NCBI GenBank assembly: GCA_964462785.1
Contig: CAYWZA010000003.1
Coordinates: 1 to 64,000 of the forward strand
Direction of reading: 5' to 3'
From: an uncultured Candidatus Saccharibacteria bacterium
Lineage (GTDB): Bacteria > Patescibacteriota > Minisyncoccia > Phycocordibacterales > UBA2100
DNA length: 64,000 nt
This document shows positions 48,301-55,304 of this stretch, piece after piece. Both the position numbers and the translations under genes were made by a program. Positions within the stretch are counted from its first letter, which is position 1, and each line of letters starts with the position of its first letter. The notes under the pieces are model-generated. The model saw only the letters and a program-made list of their open reading frames with translations. It was not told where the DNA came from and did no database searches.

Positions 48301-48897
48301 GACCGCGCCGGTAAGCGCCATGCTTCCGCCGGAGAGCACAGGAATATTATTGCCCGTCGGTGTTTGTGACGGGGTGAACCCGCCCACAGTGCCCGCGTTG
48401 ATTGCGTACGCGGAAGAGAGGATGCGCTGACGCGGAGAAAGTGTCTCGTATGTTTCGACTCCATCCCCCGTCGCGCATGTCGCGCCCACCTTATCAGCAA
48501 CTTGCACGTTTAAATACACTTCATCGCTGTCTTGAAAATTGTAATCGAGCGTATCACCGCCAACGCTCGTGTCGCCGATGCCGACAGTAAACACTCCATT
48601 GATAACTGATACCGTCGAAGTTGATGGTCCTGAGGATGGCCACAGCTTCACATCACCCCCTCCCACCACCGCATCATCGTAAAGCGAGAAGGTGAAGCAA
48701 TAATCGGTCCCCGCACCACCGAGCAGCGTGCCGCTTTCATCCATGAGCCGCCCTTGATAGTTGAGAATTTTTGGCACACCGGTTGCGGCAAACGCCGGCG
48801 CAACAAAAATCACCATGAACACCACACCAAGGATGAATGCGATCATGCGCGAAGCATGAGCATGGGTGCGGCTACGTCGATACGCGCGTGCATTCAT
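45352..48897 (-). CDS. Giant secreted protein (~1180 aa) with tail-fibre-like repeats, a collagen/Gly-rich tract, a peptidase S74 intramolecular-chaperone domain, Ig-like regions and an acidic tail
   Basis: Signal peptide from the internal Met MNARAY... Gly-rich GGAGG repeats. S74 motif block ADLAEWYETKDDVEHGDVVAIS...AIALAGRVPVKANKENGEIKAGDLLTVSSEPGVAMRATKAG. The ATGA overlap couples its start to the upstream HTH gene stop. Confidence 0.6.
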   Translation of the reverse strand: MNARAYRRSRTHAHASRMIAFILGVVFMVIFVAPAFAATGVPKILNYQGRLMDESGTLLGGAGTDYCFTFSLYDDAVVGGGDVKLWPSSGPSTSTVSVINGVFTVGIGDTSVGGDTLDYNFQDSDEVYLNVQVADKVGATCATGDGVETYETLSPRQRILSSAYAINAGTVGGFTPSQTPTGNNIPVLSGGSMALTGAVSASGASFSTSTITNATSTTLAVTGNASTSNLVVSNGFTFGTAGGILKAVAGVVTATLVDLANDVAGILGVSNGGTGWASVVAGTILYGNGTSALATTTAGTAGQVLALLNGIPTWTATTTFSGGLTYADGAVTNSGVTSITGTTNQISASGATGAVTLSLPALLAITNASSTAISGLDYITVGRTATTTIQGGTTGTSTLQGFLNVVGTNSTSTFSGGIAANRMQLTGLTNCTKALETDANGTVVCGSDTGVDAVTVEVFTLNDTWTKADYPGLSFTQIIVTAGGGAGGAADCSDTTTCEDAAGGGGSGGTSISILPAESMGSTETVTVGNGGATTSVAGTGAAGNNSSFGSLVVALAGQGGLGDSSVDTNATEGLAGGSGGATSTAVGQLRLAGGNGGAANALSGGEGTGGNGGASYWGGGGAGGHVTAALQSVQGEAGLAYGSGGGGGIVEESTTAAQGGKGGQGVVVTMNYTSSGADLAEWYETKDDVEHGDVVAISTASYEYDSKLGLQKSSVLEKATQGSSAVGVVSSVPYETMGYDIFSKAKHPRAIALAGRVPVKANKENGEIKAGDLLTVSSEPGVAMRATKAGVTVGHALEDAICDDSGKCSVLVMVNTSYSTGALLKVALRDSGINMDVITSDLDYGRIILAGMLQEKKEITVATTLSEVFTDRLAAGLEIISPRVIADTLVVNAIEPVEKDIRMRIVEGGRLLIERVNENDLTLTFENASSSDAALLVSVDALGNALFAGALTANGLEVGSPEKPTGITMYDDMNGDPYCAKVVSGILQTFAGKCGAEDLTATIDSSAPKTSIEVPVITLNGNNPAQIGIGDTYIDLGATVTDDKDQNLGIYTFVDSEEVDHVMLDTSSSTEYLIMYRAVDSDGHVAEVTRVVVVGDGLPDMPPADESMMSVTAVDAEGESSSEPAAPQESPAGETTANPEPASEDSVVESTPAAETPSEQPASETAVETGDAAAISSAEL

Positions 48898-49295
48898 ACG
48901 GCTTGTGATCGCAATTCCCATTTTTCGAGATTGTTGCGCTCTATTTTGTGATCCACACTGACCGCAAATATATATCCGAGCATGAGGAGAAATATCGCAA
49001 ACACGCCCACCGCAAACCACACCACAGCCGTATATACCGACGTCATTCCTTCGGCGGAAAACAGCCATGCCGTAAACGATGCTGACTCTTCCTTGGATCC
49101 ATCCTGCCTTTTCTTGTTCTTATCTATATATTCACGAATAGCGCTTTCGGTCGTCACCCACACTACATTTGAAAACACCTGCTTGCCCGACAGCTTCCCC
49201 GCCCTGATAAGCTGCCCAATATAATCAGCGCTGTATCCGGATATCTCGGATGCCTCCTTAAGCGATATATAGTCATTTTCCTTTGTCATAGCCAT
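48894..49295 (-). CDS. Membrane-tethered HTH DNA-binding protein (MerR/excisionase-type HTH plus C-terminal TM)
   Basis: N-terminal SLKEASEISGYSADYIGQLIRAGKL HTH and C-terminal hydrophobic helix VVWFAVGVFAIFLLMLGYIFAV. Confidence 0.5.
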   Translation of the reverse strand: MAMTKENDYISLKEASEISGYSADYIGQLIRAGKLSGKQVFSNVVWVTTESAIREYIDKNKKRQDGSKEESASFTAWLFSAEGMTSVYTAVVWFAVGVFAIFLLMLGYIFAVSVDHKIERNNLEKWELRSQAV

Positions 49296-49303
49296 TTCTC
49301 GAC

Positions 49304-49336
49304 CCCCGAGATTGCCAATATAGGCAATCTCGGGGC
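49304..49336. promoter_or_regulatory. 13-bp perfect palindrome CCCCGAGATTGCC-aatata-GGCAATCTCGGGG immediately 5' of the HTH gene (candidate operator)
   Basis: Seen directly in the divergent intergenic region. Coordinates are approximate (+/-1). Confidence 0.45.
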
Positions 49337-49377
49337 ACGAGATTATTGACTTTCATTATAAGTCTGCTTTACAGAAG

Positions 49378-50241
49378 GTGCGCCAGACCCTGTGGACAAC
49401 TAAAGTGTGTTATGCTCTAGCAATGGCATGGCGTGATTATATCTTCAATATGAAGTATCTGGTCGGGGTTGCTCTTTTTTCAGTCATTCTCCTGCTTGGT
49501 GGTATATATTGGTACTTTTTCTTCGGGAAACCCCATTTTGACGAACTCACGCTGCGGGCTTTCGAGCAAGCACGCCTGATCGAGACATACCGACATGCAG
49601 TGGAGACGGATATAGACATCGCGGGGCGGCATCTGCACATAGCGGGGGTGTATGCGCTTGATCACAAAAAAGGGCACTTTTCCTCCATATCAACAACCAC
49701 GCTCACCATCCCCGATATGCCTGCGGGGAATCGTGAACATTCGTTTACCCTTGAAAACATCGCCGTCGAGCATGACGTGTTCACCCGTATCCAAACCAGC
49801 AGCTCGCACTTCAAAAAAACCATCCCCCATGGAAAGGAGTGGTTGCATTTTACGCCCGGGAATATTCCTGAAGAATTTCAAAACATTGCAGTGCATGGAC
49901 CCATTCTTGATAACCTTGGCTTATTTAGAGACGGTGAGCATCTGCTACTTCCTGCCGGCGCACCACGCGCTGACACACGTGATGGCAAAGCGCTGCAGCA
50001 ATACACATTCACACTGCAAAGCGGTGCTGCGAATAAAGTATCCGGCGCACTTGCGGCGGTGATCGAGCACATCGGCGCGGGCACCGTCAACGCATGGATT
50101 GATCCTGAAAGCGCCCAGCTCTACGCGCTCGCCTTCCACAATGCCACGTACCAATCAAAAACCATCATCATCGCCACCAGCACAGCAATAACAATCGAGC
50201 CTCCCGTTGATTTTGCTATTTCGCAACCTTTTCAACAGTGA
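49378..50241 (+). CDS. Membrane-anchored hypothetical protein
   Basis: N-terminal TM helix (YLVGVALFSVILLLGGIYWYFFF); transcribed divergently from the HTH gene. Confidence 0.4.
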   Translation: MRQTLWTTKVCYALAMAWRDYIFNMKYLVGVALFSVILLLGGIYWYFFFGKPHFDELTLRAFEQARLIETYRHAVETDIDIAGRHLHIAGVYALDHKKGHFSSISTTTLTIPDMPAGNREHSFTLENIAVEHDVFTRIQTSSSHFKKTIPHGKEWLHFTPGNIPEEFQNIAVHGPILDNLGLFRDGEHLLLPAGAPRADTRDGKALQQYTFTLQSGAANKVSGALAAVIEHIGAGTVNAWIDPESAQLYALAFHNATYQSKTIIIATSTAITIEPPVDFAISQPFQQ

Positions 50242-50279
50242 CGTCCTGACGCAGCGCACCCCAATGCTACACTGAATAC

Positions 50280-51008
50280 ATGCGCAGACTGCTGCGGAAA
50301 CACGCCCGAAGAATCACCCCTGGGCACGGCATCATCATTGCTGTGTTTCTCATATCGAGTGTGCTGGTACTTGATCAATCGGGTACTCCTTCCCTCTCAT
50401 TTATTTCTGATCGTCCCTCATTTTCCATCGGTGAAGTCGGAAATGTTGCTGTGCACATTGAAACCCCTACCCCGATAAATGCGACCGGCATGATCATCAC
50501 CTATTCTTCGGAGCTCGTGCGTATCGTCGATATTGAAACGAAAGGGTCATTCATCGATTTGTGGACGCAAGAGCCTATTGTGCGCGCAGATGGTGAGATA
50601 CACCTGAGCGGCGGCACGCTCATCGCGGGCGGACTCACGGGCACAAGCACCGTGCTTGATATTGAAATTGAGGCGAAGCAGGCTGGCACTGCAGTATTTG
50701 CGTTTAAAAACTCGGAAATTATCGCAAGCGACGGCAGCGGCACGGCGCTCAAGCACACTGCAGATCCATTGAGCATCCAGATTGTTGAAAAAAGCGCTGC
50801 ACCTCAGAAGGGCGGAGGGGGAAGCAGCGCAACAGCAACACCCACCACTCCGATATTTGATCTTAACGCCGACGGCAGAGTCACCCTCGTCGACGTCTCG
50901 ATCCTTCTGGTGCATATGTTTGCTGCATACGATCGAGCATACGATTTTGATACCGATGGCTCCATCGGTCTCTCCGATCTCTCCGCTCTGTTGGCGCGTG
51001 TTCAATAG
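50280..51008 (+). CDS. Membrane-anchored protein with a cohesin-like domain and a C-terminal dockerin-like repeat pair (adaptor)
   Basis: N-terminal TM. Cohesin-like block (...GTAVFAFKNSEIIASDGSGTAL...). C-terminal FDLNADGRVTLVDVSILL...DFDTDGSIGLSDLSALL. Confidence 0.5.
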   Translation: MRRLLRKHARRITPGHGIIIAVFLISSVLVLDQSGTPSLSFISDRPSFSIGEVGNVAVHIETPTPINATGMIITYSSELVRIVDIETKGSFIDLWTQEPIVRADGEIHLSGGTLIAGGLTGTSTVLDIEIEAKQAGTAVFAFKNSEIIASDGSGTALKHTADPLSIQIVEKSAAPQKGGGGSSATATPTTPIFDLNADGRVTLVDVSILLVHMFAAYDRAYDFDTDGSIGLSDLSALLARVQ

Positions 51009-51145
51009 ATTGTGCGTGACATCCCACCATCTTAAGTGTGTCTTGAAAATCGATGCAATGCGCGAAGCGGACGAGCACCGAGCCGAGCCGTATTGAATAT
51101 ACGGTGAGGGAGGCGCGGAGTCCGCGACAAAGCAGTGCGCGATTT

Positions 51146-52132
51146 TCAAGACACACTATCCATACGATAGCGGTGCAGCATATAGGCGGCGCCAAATCCT
51201 GCGATGAAGAGCAGCACAAGAAACGGGATAAGTGCTGAGGCGACTCCTGCAATGGACGCAAGCGCGGCGGCTGCTCCTTCGGCACGAATATCAAATTTGA
51301 TGCGTTTGGACGGCTCACTTTCCACGCCACTTGCGTCAACTGCCTGCGCCCAGAGGCGGTAGACGCCCGTCTCAAGATCCATATCAGAGACAAACGTGAA
51401 CGATCCGTCTGCCGCGCTCGTCACGCGTGTCAACACTTTCGGCTCATCGCCCCGTGCGAGCCAGATGTGGATGGCTGCGTCGGGAATCGCTGTCCCACGG
51501 ACTATCACGCGTTCTCCAAGCGGGACCGTCCCAAATGGATACTCCACGAGTGCCGGGGCTGGCGGAAGTGCCGGCTGATCAATTGACGCCCCCAGGACCT
51601 GCCCCTCTTCCACTATCTCTTCTTCAGGTAGTGCTGCAATGACTTGTTTCGGCTCTATGCCATAGATACCTGAGCGCATTGCGGTGATGATATTCGACCC
51701 CTTGCCGTCTGCAGAGAGCAGCGCACCGGAGGTGAGGCGTGCGGTGCTCAACGTGGTTCGTAATGCACGGAACGTGATCGTCGCCAAGAGTCCGTCAGTA
51801 CCGGCATACTTGCTATTCGTCCAACCGGAGAATCGGATCGTGCCTTCTTCATTTGAAAATTTAGGCGGCGTAGGCCAGAGCGAGAGAATCGAGCCGTATG
51901 TCGATACGTCTTCGACAACGAGCTCGTTAGGATCGAATAGGATCTCGGCTTCGGCTGCATTGATCGCAGTATCGCCCGTATCGGCGAGCACCTGCACATC
52001 AAAAAAATCGCCCACCGCGTACGTCCCGCGCTCGGGTGACACGTAAAGAACCGCATCTGCCGCAGCTACAAACGGGAGCGACACACATAACGCGCTGAGA
52101 AAAAATGAGACGCGAACGACGGACCGGTTCAT
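51146..52132 (-). CDS. Cohesin-like domain protein with a C-terminal TM anchor
   Basis: Signal peptide, a cohesin-like region (...ILFDPNELVV...GLLATITFRAL...) and a C-terminal TM helix. Confidence 0.5.
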   Translation of the reverse strand: MNRSVVRVSFFLSALCVSLPFVAAADAVLYVSPERGTYAVGDFFDVQVLADTGDTAINAAEAEILFDPNELVVEDVSTYGSILSLWPTPPKFSNEEGTIRFSGWTNSKYAGTDGLLATITFRALRTTLSTARLTSGALLSADGKGSNIITAMRSGIYGIEPKQVIAALPEEEIVEEGQVLGASIDQPALPPAPALVEYPFGTVPLGERVIVRGTAIPDAAIHIWLARGDEPKVLTRVTSAADGSFTFVSDMDLETGVYRLWAQAVDASGVESEPSKRIKFDIRAEGAAAALASIAGVASALIPFLVLLFIAGFGAAYMLHRYRMDSVS

Positions 52133-53073
52133 GGTGTGGGCGGGTTCTCAACATGTGCAGCGCGCCTATGAAGACCCATACCAATAATGACCAAAAATAC
52201 CAGTAGCACAGCAACGAATGGCGCAAAATCCCAGAGTGTCCATTGACGCGGCGGCGCAGAGCCTTCTTTGTATATCCCCAACCGCTCATTCCCCGCCTTA
52301 TCTATCGCGCGAATGCGAATGTCGGAGAGTGTCTGATCGCGCAGCGCATACGGGCTCGTGATGGTTTTCCATGCGCCGTTTTCACGTATTTCAAAGTGAT
52401 CAATGCCACTTTGCTTATCCTGAGTTGCAAATACCGCATAGTAGCGACCGCTGAAAATGCCGCGCGTCGATTGCACTTCGATTTCAAACGCATCGGGTGA
52501 TGTCTCATCAGACTGCACCTCCGCTATCCAAGGATTCTCCGGCACCGTCGGCTGCGCGGTGGTCATGATGGTGGCACTTCCCGTCTTGATGGCAGCCTGC
52601 GTGCCCAAGCCGTCGTTTACGTATGCGCGTGACGCGTCGGTAATCACAATAGGGGCACTGTGAGCGTCGTCAATGACCATGAAAATGATTCTGCCGAGCG
52701 TGTTGCTGAGTGCAGGATCCCCGTGAATACGTCCGCAGTAGCCTCCCGGCACTCCGCCCGCAAAGGAAACAATTCCTTTTTCTATATCGATCTTCGGCTC
52801 CTCCGCCCACAGGGTGAGGATTGAATTGCCGCGGCTGAAATCCACTGCCTTGAGTACGTCGACGGGATACTGCACCGATACTTGCATCGCATTCAAACAC
52901 TCTTCTTCGTTATCAATACGCACACTCATGATGAAGGTATCCCCCACCCCATAGAGCGCCTCGGATGGATCAAGATACAGATACGCGGCGTGCGCAGAAA
53001 ACGGCGCGAACAATAACACGCATAGGAAAAAACTTCTGGCAAACCACTGCATGTTATTAGTATACATTGTCAT
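52129..53073 (-). CDS. Cohesin-like domain protein with a C-terminal TM anchor (paralog)
   Basis: Signal peptide, a cohesin-like region (...VSVQYPVDVLKAV...GRIIFMVI...) and a C-terminal TM helix. Confidence 0.5.
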   Translation of the reverse strand: MTMYTNNMQWFARSFFLCVLLFAPFSAHAAYLYLDPSEALYGVGDTFIMSVRIDNEEECLNAMQVSVQYPVDVLKAVDFSRGNSILTLWAEEPKIDIEKGIVSFAGGVPGGYCGRIHGDPALSNTLGRIIFMVIDDAHSAPIVITDASRAYVNDGLGTQAAIKTGSATIMTTAQPTVPENPWIAEVQSDETSPDAFEIEVQSTRGIFSGRYYAVFATQDKQSGIDHFEIRENGAWKTITSPYALRDQTLSDIRIRAIDKAGNERLGIYKEGSAPPRQWTLWDFAPFVAVLLVFLVIIGMGLHRRAAHVENPPTP

Positions 53074-53078
53074 ACGCT

Positions 53079-54206
53079 CTAGCCGGTCCAGTTAAAGAGG
53101 AGTATGGAGAAGTCTGCCAAATTCACTGTCCCATCAAGATTAAAGTCATGTTTGATATCCTTACCCCCCCAACTCAAAAGAAAGATCGAGAAGTCCACGA
53201 GATTGACGCGCTTGTCGCCATTCACATCGGCAGAGGAAGCACCTCCGGAGGCAACTCCGTCCCCGATAGTAAAGCTGACCGAGCGTCCGAATCCGCTCTT
53301 CACCGTATCACTCAACTCGAAGAGGGCTTTTGCGGAGTGCGCGCCCGCTGAAAGTGTGGATGTATCGAGACGAAGCGCCCATTTTCCCGAACCGTCCGCT
53401 TGTGCGTTGAGTATCGCCTCAGCTTGCGGGTTTATCTGCGCTTCTATACCTGCGTTTGGCACTGCATATCCCGACACGGTGAGATCATCACCAGGAGCAA
53501 CGGTACGACTGCTCACCGCGGTGGTGGGTGGAAGAAAAATATTTGCGACGGTGGTAACAGCGCTTTGTACAACCTCGAATACCACCGAGTTGATTGTCGA
53601 ATCCGCCCCCGCCGGATCTTTGGCCCACACGCCAAACGTCGCCGTCCCCGGCGTAATATCAGTCGTACTGAAAATAAAATCTGCCTGCGCATCCGCCTTT
53701 GCAGTCCCTTTGAGTTTTCCATCGAGCAGAATGTTGACGGTGCTGTTAGGATACGCCTTGCCGCGCAAAACTACCTTCGTCGCTATCTCAGAGAGGATGG
53801 AGCCGAGCGGCGCACCGGGCACAAACGGTGTGCTCCCCACCGCGGGTGCCCCACCACCACCTGGCGGCACCGGAGTGAGCGGCGTGCACATCACATCGCA
53901 CAGATCCCCTGCTTCATTGTCGCCATCGTCGCATTGCTCGCCAAATCGCACTTGCAACGTGCTGTCGCCGCAGTACGGACCCCAGCTGATACAATCTGCA
54001 GCGCAGATGCGACCTGTTGTCGACGAAGCATACGAGCCGACGTTGTTGCCTGTCCCTAAATCACATATCTCTGTGCCCGTCACCAAACCGTCACCGCATA
54101 CCGCAACGGTCACGAATGGTCGCATCGCAATTGCCTCGACGCGACCGGTGCTATTCCCAATGGCGATCAGTGAAAGCGCTATGAGAATGGACGCGATAAT
54201 CTGCAT
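53079..54206 (-). CDS. Secreted Cys-rich-repeat protein with a C-terminal dockerin-like domain
   Basis: Signal peptide, CGDGxVTGTEICD / CGDSTLQVRFGEQCDDGD Cys-rich repeats, a Pro/Gly linker, and C-terminal DVNGDKRVNLVDFSIFL...DFNLDGTVNLADFSILL. Confidence 0.55.
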   Translation of the reverse strand: MQIIASILIALSLIAIGNSTGRVEAIAMRPFVTVAVCGDGLVTGTEICDLGTGNNVGSYASSTTGRICAADCISWGPYCGDSTLQVRFGEQCDDGDNEAGDLCDVMCTPLTPVPPGGGGAPAVGSTPFVPGAPLGSILSEIATKVVLRGKAYPNSTVNILLDGKLKGTAKADAQADFIFSTTDITPGTATFGVWAKDPAGADSTINSVVFEVVQSAVTTVANIFLPPTTAVSSRTVAPGDDLTVSGYAVPNAGIEAQINPQAEAILNAQADGSGKWALRLDTSTLSAGAHSAKALFELSDTVKSGFGRSVSFTIGDGVASGGASSADVNGDKRVNLVDFSIFLLSWGGKDIKHDFNLDGTVNLADFSILLFNWTG

Positions 54207-54228
54207 GAAGGTATGTACATGAGTGGCG

Positions 54229-55239
54229 TTATAGAAGCTGCGTCGTCTTTGGGTAAACTCGCATGCGAGCGCGCCTACGCCTGCGCACGACCACAGCGCC
54301 GCCCATAGTGCCGACGAGCGCGACCGGCATACCCAGATAGCTCAGTGCTTTCAATTTGTCTTGGAGCGACAGACCGGAGAATCCATACCCCTCGTAGCCG
54401 GCAACAGTGCCCAGAGGATTGATACTCACGGTGATTTGGTTCTGCTGGGCGATCTCATCGCCTCTGTAGATGGTGTATTTCGCTGCGTATCGCCCCGGAG
54501 GGAGGCGGGTCGGCAATTCGGCTATCACTTCTTTTGTGCCGAAGGGCGAAATCCGCTCGATATCATTTGTATTTTCGATGGACTCAAGGAGTGTCTCCAT
54601 TTCGCTGTCATACATATCAAAGGTCACCTTGCTGGGACCATATTCCGTGTTGCCGGTGTTCTCAATTGTCATGAGGAACTTGATTTTCCCGGGGAAGAAG
54701 AGGCCCCAACGCGTACGCCCCTCTTCCAAGTCAAGCACGCCTATTTTGCGCACGCTGAAATCATAGATTTTGTCGACAACGGTCACATCCACATCGATCT
54801 GTGCGCCGAGTGCGATCGATACGCCGCCTGATGGTTGCGGCGAATTGGGTGATGTGCGGACACGAATCGCACCTTTGTATTGCTTATATTCGGCGTCATC
54901 GGGCACGCGCACGGTGACCACCATAGAGATCTGCGACGCACCCTTAGGGATGATAAATTCGCGCCCGCGATCAATAGAGAACCAGCTTTCGATGCCGGGG
55001 ATGTTCATCGTAACCTCCACCTTGAGATCCTCATTCGGATCGGAGCGCACCAAGCCGATGCGCTGCTCGTATACAGTACCGCGCGTGAGACGATCATTGA
55101 AAACATATGGCGGCGTGATGCCGAAACCAGCGTCCGCGACGGGCGCGAATGTGAAAAAAGCCGCTGCAGTGGCAATACCAAATAAAAAATGCCCGTACAA
55201 AATCCTCGTTCTCTCTGTGTTGTTAAGTAAAAATTGCAT
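54229..55239 (-). CDS. DUF916/DUF3324-like cell-surface protein, paralog D
   Basis: Signal peptide, two beta-sandwich-like regions, C-terminal TM plus an Arg-rich tail. Confidence 0.45.
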   Translation of the reverse strand: MQFLLNNTERTRILYGHFLFGIATAAAFFTFAPVADAGFGITPPYVFNDRLTRGTVYEQRIGLVRSDPNEDLKVEVTMNIPGIESWFSIDRGREFIIPKGASQISMVVTVRVPDDAEYKQYKGAIRVRTSPNSPQPSGGVSIALGAQIDVDVTVVDKIYDFSVRKIGVLDLEEGRTRWGLFFPGKIKFLMTIENTGNTEYGPSKVTFDMYDSEMETLLESIENTNDIERISPFGTKEVIAELPTRLPPGRYAAKYTIYRGDEIAQQNQITVSINPLGTVAGYEGYGFSGLSLQDKLKALSYLGMPVALVGTMGGAVVVRRRRRARMRVYPKTTQLL

Positions 55240-55304
55240 ATGCCATGCGGGTAGATTGTATTGTGTCTACTACCCTTTCCATTACGATTCCCACACTCAT
55301 CAGA

